A stretch of DNA of 49,911 bases. Origin: a bacterium. Lineage in GTDB: Bacteria > Patescibacteriota > Minisyncoccia > Minisyncoccales > PEYH01. Made by a program: the position numbers and the translations under genes. Positions 7,856 to 16,278 of this stretch are shown here, piece after piece. The first letter of the stretch is position 1. Each line of letters starts with the position of its first letter. Under the pieces are notes generated by a model. The model was not told the origin of the DNA, searched no databases, and was given only the letters and a program-made list of their open reading frames with translations. The stretch spans positions 1 to 49,911 of the forward strand of contig JAGHAC010000046.1 in assembly GCA_021161645.1 (NCBI GenBank), given 5' to 3'.

Positions 7856-10094
7856 CTGCTTGATGGCAATGACTTTGTGCCTAATTGCTGACTCTTTAGT
7901 TTGGGCTACGGATTTAGAGGTAAAATATCCTCGAATTCCCGGAATTACTCCGCCAGAAAGTGTTCAAGTCCCTCTTTCTTTTTACTTAAATTATATTTTT
8001 GAACTCGCTGTTGGCCTTGCAGGTTTTTTGGTATTTTTTCTTCTTATTAGGGCGGGAACTATATATGTTTTTAATTCTTATAACCCTGGCAAAGTAAAAG
8101 AGGCAAAAGAAATTCTTACCTTTGCTTTTGTAGGTTTTGGTATTATCCTTTCTTCTTATCTAATTTTGGCATTAATCAATCCTCAATTAGTTAAATTTCA
8201 TCTCCCCTCTCTAACACCTGCAAAACTAGAACCTATAGAAGAAATTGGCGAAATTCAGGCTCCCTCAATTCCTTTAACCGAAATTCCTGTGGGGACTTTA
8301 ATTACCTCAGAGACCGGGGTTTCTTCTTTTATTTTAACTCCTGGAACAGATCCCCCTTATAATCACCCAAATTATGATAAATATTTTCCTGGAGTAGTAA
8401 AATATCCAACAGATTATCAGGGGGCAATAAATGGAAGAAGGGTTAAAAGAATACATGAAGTTACCCAACACAGCGTACCTATGTCTGGCATAATGGTATT
8501 TCTGGTAGAAAAACTAAAAGGGCTTACTGATAAGTGTGTATGTAGAAATTGTGAATGTATTGCTAAGCAAAGCTGCCGGGCCGGAGAGTGCCAATTAGGT
8601 ATATGTACCTCAGAAACAAGAGCGAGAATAACTTGTGCTCAACTTCAGATTGTTTTCTTTACAGGCGCATATACTGCTTGGCTGGACGGCAACAATATTT
8701 TAGAAAGATATGTAAAAGCCAACCAGGGGCTATTAGTTAAAATCGAGAACTGCGACCCCGAGGGTACAGCAAAAATAATGCAAGCGATAAAGAAAGCAAT
8801 CGAAATTGAAAATAAAGGAACATGGACTCCTAAAACCGACCCGCCAGAGAGAGACGTCCAGCAAAACATCTGGCACCTAGAGAAAATTATTGAGTATTTA
8901 AATAGCGTGAAACTTACCTTAACGCCTGAGATTCCCGGTAACCCCTGCTCCTATGTTTATAGCAACGCTCAAGTTGGAGGAGAAATAGCAAAAGATGTTG
9001 TGCCTATGATCGAAGAAGTCAATGTTATAGAAGACCCTGCTACATTTTACTGTTCTCTCTCTCCATTAAAAATTTTGAGTGATTTGGAATTGCTCCAAAT
9101 TCTCTCTCAAGAATTGGGAAGTTCTGAAGCCCCAAGTACCTGTGACGATATAGTAGAAATCCCTGTAGGAAAAGCGATAGACGAAGCTCTAAAACTTGCC
9201 AATGATATGTTGAGAGAATTAAAAAATATTTGGAAGCAAGGACACCAACAAATTGAATGGGCTTTACAAATGAATGATATTGCTGATAAAATAAAAACAG
9301 AGAACAACTGTTCTGTTTATTGCATTCATAAAGTAAGATGCCTCTTCACTAACCCTGAAACTCACCGTTGTGAGGTCTGTGAGTGTACATGTAAAGAATC
9401 ACCTACCCTTACAGTGCTTCGTCAAAAACTTCAAGATCTCTTAGAGGCCATTAAACAAGCTCATGATAGCATTTTTATGTCTTTTAAAAGAATCAATTCT
9501 AAAGACCCTCTTACAGGACAACGTGTGCCTATTGGTATAGATCGCTGCTGCGTAAAACCATTAGGAGATTGCTTTTTGGAAAACGAGTTCGAAAAGCGGG
9601 ATTACACTCTTAAAGAAAAGCTTCTCGAAGTTCAAAAGCTGCTTGACCGCGCTCGATTATTTAGTACATACGAATTACTGCTTAAACAGCTTGCTAATCT
9701 TAAATCATCGGGTCGCCTATCCGGTCCAGAATATGCTAGATTACCAGACCCAATTAAAGAGTTTAATAAAGTTTTAAGTGCAGAATATGCGAAATACAGA
9801 TATGACCTTACAAACTGTGATGTTCTAACCAAACAGCACATTGAATCAGAAGAAACGGTAGGCCAACTTAATATTTTAGAGAGTTGTTATGTGGCAAAAA
9901 CCATTTATCATTTAAATCCTGAATATTGTCGCTCCAACCCACCTTATAATTGTGATTATTTCAATCCTATTTCCCCTCCAAAACTGAGACAAGGGTTGCT
10001 CTGCTATTGTAACCAACCCCCGGATTTTTCTGAAATTGCTTCTGATTTTTTCTGCTGTGTAAGCGCATCTCATATGTTACAAAAAGAGCGGTAA
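7818..10094 (+). CDS. Giant pilin-fusion: signal peptide, VirB2/TrbC-like two-helix hairpin, ~620 aa cysteine-rich ectodomain
   Basis: Signal peptide ...LIADSLVWA, then LEVKYPRIPG, then helix1 (YLNYIFELAVGLAGFLVFFLLI), loop NSYNPGKVKEAKE and helix2 ending LINPQL. About 30 Cys follow in CxC/CxxC clusters (CVCRNCECIAKQSC, CEVCECTC, DRCCV, FFCCV). An alternative start at 7863 is possible. Confidence 0.7.
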   Translation: MLSQNPKWILILNCLMAMTLCLIADSLVWATDLEVKYPRIPGITPPESVQVPLSFYLNYIFELAVGLAGFLVFFLLIRAGTIYVFNSYNPGKVKEAKEILTFAFVGFGIILSSYLILALINPQLVKFHLPSLTPAKLEPIEEIGEIQAPSIPLTEIPVGTLITSETGVSSFILTPGTDPPYNHPNYDKYFPGVVKYPTDYQGAINGRRVKRIHEVTQHSVPMSGIMVFLVEKLKGLTDKCVCRNCECIAKQSCRAGECQLGICTSETRARITCAQLQIVFFTGAYTAWLDGNNILERYVKANQGLLVKIENCDPEGTAKIMQAIKKAIEIENKGTWTPKTDPPERDVQQNIWHLEKIIEYLNSVKLTLTPEIPGNPCSYVYSNAQVGGEIAKDVVPMIEEVNVIEDPATFYCSLSPLKILSDLELLQILSQELGSSEAPSTCDDIVEIPVGKAIDEALKLANDMLRELKNIWKQGHQQIEWALQMNDIADKIKTENNCSVYCIHKVRCLFTNPETHRCEVCECTCKESPTLTVLRQKLQDLLEAIKQAHDSIFMSFKRINSKDPLTGQRVPIGIDRCCVKPLGDCFLENEFEKRDYTLKEKLLEVQKLLDRARLFSTYELLLKQLANLKSSGRLSGPEYARLPDPIKEFNKVLSAEYAKYRYDLTNCDVLTKQHIESEETVGQLNILESCYVAKTIYHLNPEYCRSNPPYNCDYFNPISPPKLRQGLLCYCNQPPDFSEIASDFFCCVSASHMLQKER

Positions 10095-10095
10095 T

Positions 10096-11691
10096 ATGAA
10101 AAAAAGATTAATATTCTATTATTCTCTAACAGTTGTATTGACTATCATTGCAAGTACCACCTTAGTGAGGGCTGATTCTGGTTTAGAATTAGAAGTAAAA
10201 TACCCGAACCTGTCTCAAACAATATCTCCGCCCCAATCAGCCAAGGGGTACCTTGTTGATTATATTAAATATATTTTTGAAGTGGCAATTTTCCTCTCCG
10301 GAATCGTGGCTTTTGTGGCTTTTCTCAGGGGAGGGTTTTCCTATCTTACTTCAACAGGCAATCCCTCTAAAATGCAAGATGCTAGAGACCAAATTCTTGC
10401 CGGTTTTCTTGGTTTAATTATTATCTTAGGTTCTTTTATCCTTTTGAATACCATCAACCCGCAATTAACGGAAATTAAACCTCCTGGAATTACTGGAGTA
10501 GGCCGAGGCATTATAGTCTATTCCGACGAAAACTGTGGAGATGGCGCTAATGCCCTTCCCGGTGTTCTAAAACCTTTACCTGAGGGAGTTATTTACGAAA
10601 GAGTAGAGTGGACCAAGGCTCTCTCTTCCACATCAAGAGCCCAGAACGGAACAAGAAAAGGAATGGCTATCAGATCTTTATATTCCTTCAATAGCGGAGA
10701 AGAATTAGTTCGTATAGAATTTTATCAAAACAAAGAGTGCCAAGGTCAGCCAATATCTGTTTTTACCCCCCCGAATGCAGACAAATGTTATAGCGGGACT
10801 GATATAGCCGACCAAGGGAAAATAGAGGATGTCCAATGTATTAAACTCATATGGCATATTCCCGGCGTCTGGCTTTTTACTGAAGAAGACGGAAATCCTG
10901 AATCGCCTACAGGTCCTTTTACAATAATACAAATGGATGCTCCCTCGCTACCGGAGAAGGTAGCTGGCAAAGTAAAATCTATCGCTTTAGTTGATGATGA
11001 ATTAAAACATCAAAAATATGGGGTTGTTCTCCATGAAAAATCTGGGCCTAGATACAAGGTTAAAGGTTGGGCACATCCTTATTTTCCTAAACCACAACTC
11101 TCGACAACCCGTTATAAAACAACAAACAAAAATGCTCATTCTGCCACAGTGTTTATTGTAGATGAAAACACTCCTTCTAAATGGGTGAGGCTTTGCGAGC
11201 ACGACGATTGCCAGCCGGCATCAGTTAATGAAGGAGGAGAGGTTGTTTCTAAGCCGGCTGAGAGATATTATATGTGGCCGGGGGAAAACAGACCTCCTGT
11301 CGGTGGCAACACTACACCATTAAAAGAGATTGAAAAAGTACCTCCTGAATATGCCAGAGGGGCTCTTCTCCACGAAGACGCTGATGAGTGGTGGAAGGGA
11401 GGAGATAAAGTAGCTATTTGTGAAAGTGTAAGTGGTATTAATTGGATCGGCAGAATTACCCAGTTGACAGGTAAATGTTATCGAGGAGTCTCCGCCATCG
11501 AACTCGAAGAGGGAAGTAGTTATATCTTAATCCTTTGGGCTACAGGGAAAACAAAACCACAATGGGTGGAAGGTGCGCGAGGAAATGCTCCGGCTCTTAT
11601 TATAGACAAAACCACTCGAAAACTGATTGACTTCGGATTTAATGAACAGTTGGGCATGTTTTTGGTTATAAAGGTTAAATCTTCTTTTTAA
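10096..11691 (+). CDS. Pilin-fusion paralog: signal peptide, VirB2/TrbC-like hairpin, ~400 aa ectodomain with 8 Cys
   Basis: Signal peptide ...STTLVRA, then LELEVKYPNLS, YIKYIFEVAIFLSGIVAFVAFL, loop STGNPSKMQDARD, and helix2 ending TINPQL. The N-terminal ~130 aa are clearly paralogous to the 7818 ORF. Confidence 0.7.
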   Translation: MKKRLIFYYSLTVVLTIIASTTLVRADSGLELEVKYPNLSQTISPPQSAKGYLVDYIKYIFEVAIFLSGIVAFVAFLRGGFSYLTSTGNPSKMQDARDQILAGFLGLIIILGSFILLNTINPQLTEIKPPGITGVGRGIIVYSDENCGDGANALPGVLKPLPEGVIYERVEWTKALSSTSRAQNGTRKGMAIRSLYSFNSGEELVRIEFYQNKECQGQPISVFTPPNADKCYSGTDIADQGKIEDVQCIKLIWHIPGVWLFTEEDGNPESPTGPFTIIQMDAPSLPEKVAGKVKSIALVDDELKHQKYGVVLHEKSGPRYKVKGWAHPYFPKPQLSTTRYKTTNKNAHSATVFIVDENTPSKWVRLCEHDDCQPASVNEGGEVVSKPAERYYMWPGENRPPVGGNTTPLKEIEKVPPEYARGALLHEDADEWWKGGDKVAICESVSGINWIGRITQLTGKCYRGVSAIELEEGSSYILILWATGKTKPQWVEGARGNAPALIIDKTTRKLIDFGFNEQLGMFLVIKVKSSF

Positions 11692-11692
11692 C

Positions 11693-12163
11693 CTAGATCT
11701 TTTTGGGTTTTATTATTACTCTTCTTTCTGGTTCTTCCCCTACGCTTTCTGTGGCAACATCATTTCTTTTAGCTAATTCTAAATGAATGATTCTTCTTTG
11801 ATAAGCTGGCATTGGTTCCAGCTCTTTCTTTTTTTTGGAAAGAGTCACTTCGTCAGCCACAGAATTTGCTATCTCTCGAAGATAAGTATACTTCTTTTCT
11901 TTATATTCGTTAATGTCTAGATCAACAAAAAAATCTCCTTGGTTTTTCTTTTTAAGAATCTTTGAAAGAAGTTTTTGAATTGTATTAAGAACTATTCCAC
12001 CCTGCCCAATTAAAATCTTAGGTTCTTCCACTTGAATTCTGATGTGTAAAACCCCTTCTTCTAAAAAAACCTCTACTTTCTGAAGATCAAAACCCATTTT
12101 CTCAAAAAACTGACAAACAAGAGATTTTGTATTTTTAAAATTGACAGCGTCCTCCATATTCAA
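11693..12163 (-). CDS. jag: Jag/SpoIIIJ-associated KH + R3H RNA-binding protein
   Basis: KH GxxG motif (ILIGQGGIVLNTIQ) and R3H motif (YQRRIIHLEL). It sits downstream of yidC, as is typical. Confidence 0.85.
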   Translation of the reverse strand: MNMEDAVNFKNTKSLVCQFFEKMGFDLQKVEVFLEEGVLHIRIQVEEPKILIGQGGIVLNTIQKLLSKILKKKNQGDFFVDLDINEYKEKKYTYLREIANSVADEVTLSKKKKELEPMPAYQRRIIHLELAKRNDVATESVGEEPERRVIIKPKKI

Positions 12164-12858
12164 TTTTTAATTCTTCTTTTAACAATTTCTTGTTGAAGAA
12201 TAGCAAATAATCCACTTACAAGCAAGTAAAGAGCGACGGCTGAAGGTACTTTTAGGAGAACTATCACAATAAAAGCCGACAAAAAATAATTCATCATTAA
12301 CTGCTGATGTTTTTGCTGCTTATCTTTTGAAGACGATCTTACACTCATCCATTTTGTCTGAAGATACTGAGAAACGCCCACAAGTACTGCCAATAAAATT
12401 GACGGTTTAGCTAAATCTATGTTTAAAAAGATGGTATTTATTGTCTCTGGCTTGTGAACAAAACTGTAAAGATAAGTAAAATTTTCTGGGTTCAAGCCTC
12501 TCAAAAACAATCTATAAAGAGCGATAAGCACCGGAAATTGAATAAGAAGCAGCCAAAATCCTGAAAAGGGGTTAAACTTTTCTTTTTTATAAATCTCCAT
12601 CAGAGCTTTTGCCTGTTTTTCTCTATCGTACTTATGCTTCTCTTGGATTTCCTTAATTTTAGGTTGAATTTTTTGAAGGGCTATCTGCGATTTAATCACC
12701 TTTTCTTGAAAAGGATACAAAGCAGCTCTAATAAGTAGGGTTAAAATAATTATTGCCAAACCAAAACTATGACCAGGCAAATAAGTAGTTAAAAGAATTA
12801 AAAGATTAAAAAGCGGCTGGTAGAAGATTATATAAAAAATTTTTACAATACTATTCAT
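12160..12858 (-). CDS. yidC: YidC/Oxa1-family membrane protein insertase (short form)
   Basis: 232 aa polytopic protein in the conserved rnpA-yidC-jag order, with a 4 nt overlap to jag and an 8 nt overlap with rnpA. Confidence 0.85.
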   Translation of the reverse strand: MNSIVKIFYIIFYQPLFNLLILLTTYLPGHSFGLAIIILTLLIRAALYPFQEKVIKSQIALQKIQPKIKEIQEKHKYDREKQAKALMEIYKKEKFNPFSGFWLLLIQFPVLIALYRLFLRGLNPENFTYLYSFVHKPETINTIFLNIDLAKPSILLAVLVGVSQYLQTKWMSVRSSSKDKQQKHQQLMMNYFLSAFIVIVLLKVPSAVALYLLVSGLFAILQQEIVKRRIKN

Positions 12859-13201
12859 TTTGTTTGATAATTCCTGCTTTTTGAAAGATTGTTAGTATAA
12901 TTTCCTGTAGTTCCCAAAAATCATACTTTTCTGCTCCGGGTAAAGCGATTACCACAACATCATAACCCTGCTTAATGTGTAGCAGAATACTTCTTATCGC
13001 TTCTCTCAATTTCCTTTTTAATCTGTTTCTTGTCACTGCTCTGTTTGAAACTTTTCTAGAAACCACAAACCCAAATCGCAAACCAGAATCTTCTTTTTCA
13101 AGAATCTTAATAAAAATTTCTTTTTCTCTATATCCTTTTCCTTGACGAAAAACTAAGTTGAAATCCTTTTGTTTTTTGAGTCGGTTTTTGAAAGGTAACA
13201 T
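12851..13201 (-). CDS. rnpA: Ribonuclease P protein component
   Basis: 116 aa basic protein with KKQKDFNLVFRQGK near the N-terminus. It starts 1 nt after the rpmH stop. Confidence 0.85.
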   Translation of the reverse strand: MLPFKNRLKKQKDFNLVFRQGKGYREKEIFIKILEKEDSGLRFGFVVSRKVSNRAVTRNRLKRKLREAIRSILLHIKQGYDVVVIALPGAEKYDFWELQEIILTIFQKAGIIKQNE

Positions 13202-13336
13202 TTAAGGAATAAGTTTTTTTCTGCCCTTTTTCCGCCTTCTCTTTAACACTCTCTTGCCTCCTTTAGTTTTTGTTCTTTTTAGAAACCCATGTGTTTTCTT
13301 TTTCTTTCTTTTTTTACCTTTGTTTGTAATGCTCAT
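13202..13336 (-). CDS. rpmH: 50S ribosomal protein L34 (below the ORF-track length cutoff)
   Basis: Manual translation of the minus strand gives MSITNKGKKRKKKKTHGFLKRTKTKGGKRVLKRRRKKGRKKLIP*. This contains the L34 core THGF..R.KTKGG..VL.RRR.KGRK.L. Confidence 0.9.
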   Translation of the reverse strand: MSITNKGKKRKKKKTHGFLKRTKTKGGKRVLKRRRKKGRKKLIP

Positions 13337-13425
13337 ATGCTCAAATAAATTAAAACTAATAATTAGATTATATCATAATGACTTTAGTGGTCAAATCAAA
13401 AAGTTTTTCTCTAAAGATTTACAGA

Positions 13426-13445
13426 TTATCCACAACTTATTCACA
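13426..13445 (+). promoter_or_regulatory. Two tandem DnaA boxes upstream of dnaA
   Basis: TTATCCACA (13426-13434, perfect consensus) and TTATTCACA (13437-13445, one mismatch). Confidence 0.7.
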
Positions 13446-13467
13446 TAGGTGTTGTTTTTTCTTGATT

Positions 13468-13496
13468 TTGCGTTGTTTTCTGATAATCTCTATAAT
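13468..13496 (+). promoter_or_regulatory. Candidate dnaA promoter
   Basis: TTGCGT, a 17 nt spacer, then TATAAT (13491-13496), 29 nt upstream of the dnaA ATG. Confidence 0.5.
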
Positions 13497-13524
13497 ATAA
13501 GAGGGCAAATTAATACTGAACTAT

Positions 13525-14871
13525 ATGACAAAAGAAGAGCTCTGGCAATCTGTTCTTGCCCAAATCCAACTCAATGTTTCTCCAGCAAATTTTGCTACCT
13601 GGTTTAAAAATACAAAAATTGTAGGAGTAAACGGAAGCTCTGTAATTATAGGCACCCCAAATGCCTTTTCCAGAGAGTGGCTTGAAAAAAAATATGGCAA
13701 AACCATATTAAAAATTTTAAGAAACCTAGATACCCAAATTAAAAAAATAGAGTTCCAGGTAATTTCTCATAAGCCCCTTAAAAACTTTGCTCAAAAATCT
13801 GTAGAATATCCTGACCAACTTAAATTTGAAGAATTTTATTTAGACAAAAAAACTAACCTTAATCCAAAATATACTTTTGAGAACTTTGTTGTAGGTCCGT
13901 TTAACGAACTTCCTCACGCTGCTGCTTGGGCTGTAAGCGAAAATCCGGGATCTGTATATAATCCTCTTTTTATTTACGGAGGCGTAGGACTAGGAAAAAC
14001 TCATCTTATTCAAGCGCTTGGTAACAAAGTATTAGAAAACTTCCCAAACAAAAAAGTACGCTATGTATCTTCTGAAAGATTTACTTCCGAGATTATTAAC
14101 TCTATCAAAAATCAAACAATAGACCGCTTCAAAAGATCCTATCATCAAATCGATCTTTTAATCATAGACGACATTCAATTTCTCTCAGGCAAAGAAAAAA
14201 CCCAAGAAGAATTCTTTCATATTTTTAATTCACTCTATGAGGCGAATAAACAGATTATTCTCTCTTCTGATCGTCCACCAAAGGCAATTTCCGCTCTAGA
14301 AGAAAGATTAAGATCAAGATTTGAGGGAGGAATGATTGCAGATATCAGCATTCCGGATTTTGAGTCGCGAGTCGCTATTTTGAAACAAAAAATGCAGGAA
14401 AAAAACATCTTTTTTGACGACCAAATCTTAGAATATATTGCCGAGAATATCCAAAGCAATATAAGAGAACTTGAGGGAGCGCTTAACAGACTCATTATTT
14501 ATCAAAAAATCAATAACCAAACCGTAGATCTGGAAACTGCTAAAAAGTTGCTTAAAAGAATCATAAAACCTCAAGCTAAAAGGGTGAGCTTTCAAAAAGT
14601 AATAGATATTGTAGCTGAATTTTACAACCTCAAATCCAAAGATCTCTTTCAGAAAACAAGAAAACAAGAAATTGTAAGACCAAGACAAATAGCAATGTAT
14701 TTATTAAGAGAAGAAGTTAAACTCGCCTTTCCAACTATTGGGAAAAAGTTTGGAGGAAAAGACCATACCACTGCCATCTACGCCTACGAAAAAATCGCTA
14801 AAGAAATTGAAGAGAATGAAAGTTTCTCAGAGGAAATAAACATCATCAAAGAAAGAATTTATACCTTATAA
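13525..14871 (+). CDS. dnaA: Chromosomal replication initiator DnaA
   Basis: Walker A GGVGLGKTHL, Walker B LLIIDDIQFL, and the C-terminal DNA-binding signature RPRQIAMYLLRE...GGKDHTTAIYAYEKI. Confidence 0.95.
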   Translation: MTKEELWQSVLAQIQLNVSPANFATWFKNTKIVGVNGSSVIIGTPNAFSREWLEKKYGKTILKILRNLDTQIKKIEFQVISHKPLKNFAQKSVEYPDQLKFEEFYLDKKTNLNPKYTFENFVVGPFNELPHAAAWAVSENPGSVYNPLFIYGGVGLGKTHLIQALGNKVLENFPNKKVRYVSSERFTSEIINSIKNQTIDRFKRSYHQIDLLIIDDIQFLSGKEKTQEEFFHIFNSLYEANKQIILSSDRPPKAISALEERLRSRFEGGMIADISIPDFESRVAILKQKMQEKNIFFDDQILEYIAENIQSNIRELEGALNRLIIYQKINNQTVDLETAKKLLKRIIKPQAKRVSFQKVIDIVAEFYNLKSKDLFQKTRKQEIVRPRQIAMYLLREEVKLAFPTIGKKFGGKDHTTAIYAYEKIAKEIEENESFSEEINIIKERIYTL

Positions 14872-15101
14872 AGTGTTAAAAAGAAGTGGAAAAATTAAGA
14901 AGAATGTCTGAAGAAAACGTGAAGAAATTTTGTCTAATATTTTTTCATATTTTCTTCCACAATAATACCCAATTTTTTCCTGAAATTTCCACAAAGTTTT
15001 CCTACCTAATTTAATTGATTCTATCTTATTTTTACACAAAAACAATCAGAAAACATAAAATCTAATAGTAGTAATAATCTAATTAAAATTAAATTAAAAT
15101 T
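14872..15101. promoter_or_regulatory. Candidate oriC segment (dnaA-dnaN intergenic region)
   Basis: 230 bp non-coding region with three TTCCACA-core box-like motifs: GTGGAAAA at 14886-14893 (inverted), TTCTTCCACA at 14952-14961 and ATTTCCACA at 14985-14993. A nearly pure A/T stretch at ~15040-15100 could serve as an unwinding element. Confidence 0.55.
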
Positions 15102-16235
15102 ATGGCTATAGAAGTTTTGCGAGAAAATTTAAAAAAAGGTCTTCAGATTGTAGAAAGAATCACAGGAAAAAATTTAGTTCTTCCAATTTTAAACAATGTT
15201 TATTTAAAAACAGAAAAAAATTCGTTAAGGCTTGCGACTACGGATTTAGAAACAGCAATCTATCATTGGATATTAGCAAAGACGGATAAAGAGCAAGAAA
15301 TTACAGTGCCTGTAAAATTATTTTCGAATCTTTTATCTTTTTTGTCAGATCAAAAAATCAATCTAGAAATAAAAGATAAAATTTTAATATTAAGCGGAGA
15401 AAACTATAAAACAGAAATAAAAGGATTAGATCCAAAAGATTTTCCTATTATTCCTAAAATTGAAAAGAATGAGTGGATCGAGATTGATCCTTTATCGTTT
15501 ACAACAAGTATTTCTCAGGTAATTGATTTTTGTAGCACAACTCAAGTGAGGCCAGAACTTACTGGTGTTTATTTTTTCTTTTCGGAAAAAAATGTAAAGA
15601 TTGTTGCCACAGATAGTTTTAGGTTGGCGGAGAAAACCCTTAATTATCAAACTTCTCAAGGAAATCTTAAAGAAGAGAAGGCTTTTATTCTTCCAAGAAG
15701 TGCTGCTAGGGAAATTACAGGAATTTTCAATGAATCGGGGCAAAAAATTAAGATATTTTTTACTTCCAATCAGGTTTTGGTAGAGAATTATTTCTTTGAA
15801 TCAGAAACGCCACAGACCCAATTAATTTCGAGGTTAATAGAAGGAGAGTTTCCTAATTATCAAGATATAATTCCCAAGGAGTCGAAGACAGAAATTTTAG
15901 CAGATAAGTCTCAATTTTTGAATTATCTAAAGGCGGCAAGCATTTTTGCTGGAAGGGGTAATGAAGTAAATTTGAAGGTTGATGCTAAAGATAAGAGAAT
16001 AGAGATTTTAACCGAGAATACGGATGTGGGTTCTACTCAATTTACTCTTCCGGCAAAGATTAATGGAGAAAAAACGAAGATATGCTTCAATTACAAGTTT
16101 TTACTTGAAGGAATTTCTAAAATTAAAGGAGATGAAATATATATAGGATTAAACGGTGAAGATGGTCCGGGGCTCATTAAATCACAAGAAGATTCTAGTT
16201 TTCTCTATATCCTAATGCCGATTAAACCTACATAA
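15102..16235 (+). CDS. dnaN: DNA polymerase III beta sliding clamp
   Basis: 377 aa directly after dnaA. The N-terminal pattern (L..GL..V.RI....LVLPILNNVYL) and the length fit DnaN. Confidence 0.9.
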   Translation: MAIEVLRENLKKGLQIVERITGKNLVLPILNNVYLKTEKNSLRLATTDLETAIYHWILAKTDKEQEITVPVKLFSNLLSFLSDQKINLEIKDKILILSGENYKTEIKGLDPKDFPIIPKIEKNEWIEIDPLSFTTSISQVIDFCSTTQVRPELTGVYFFFSEKNVKIVATDSFRLAEKTLNYQTSQGNLKEEKAFILPRSAAREITGIFNESGQKIKIFFTSNQVLVENYFFESETPQTQLISRLIEGEFPNYQDIIPKESKTEILADKSQFLNYLKAASIFAGRGNEVNLKVDAKDKRIEILTENTDVGSTQFTLPAKINGEKTKICFNYKFLLEGISKIKGDEIYIGLNGEDGPGLIKSQEDSSFLYILMPIKPT

Positions 16236-16278
16236 AACTTTAGAAACCTTAAACTCTAAACTTCTAGATTCTAAATTG

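Noticed and set aside
1-11691. Considered that the T4SS-like locus is an integrative conjugative element or plasmid remnant.
   Set aside because: No integrase, relaxase, coupling protein, partition genes, flanking direct repeats or tRNA attachment site are visible. The locus directly abuts core origin-proximal genes. The left boundary is outside the window, so this cannot be fully excluded.
11689-11695. Convergent stops of the 10096 ORF and jag separated by a single base, with no terminator.
   Set aside because: This is real but unremarkable in a compact genome. It was used only as context for the chromosomal embedding of the T4SS-like locus.
13254-13448. 64 aa plus-strand ORF in the ORF track.
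   Set aside because: It lies antisense to the clearly recognisable rpmH and runs through the DnaA boxes. Its sequence is low-complexity and F/L-rich. It is a shadow ORF.
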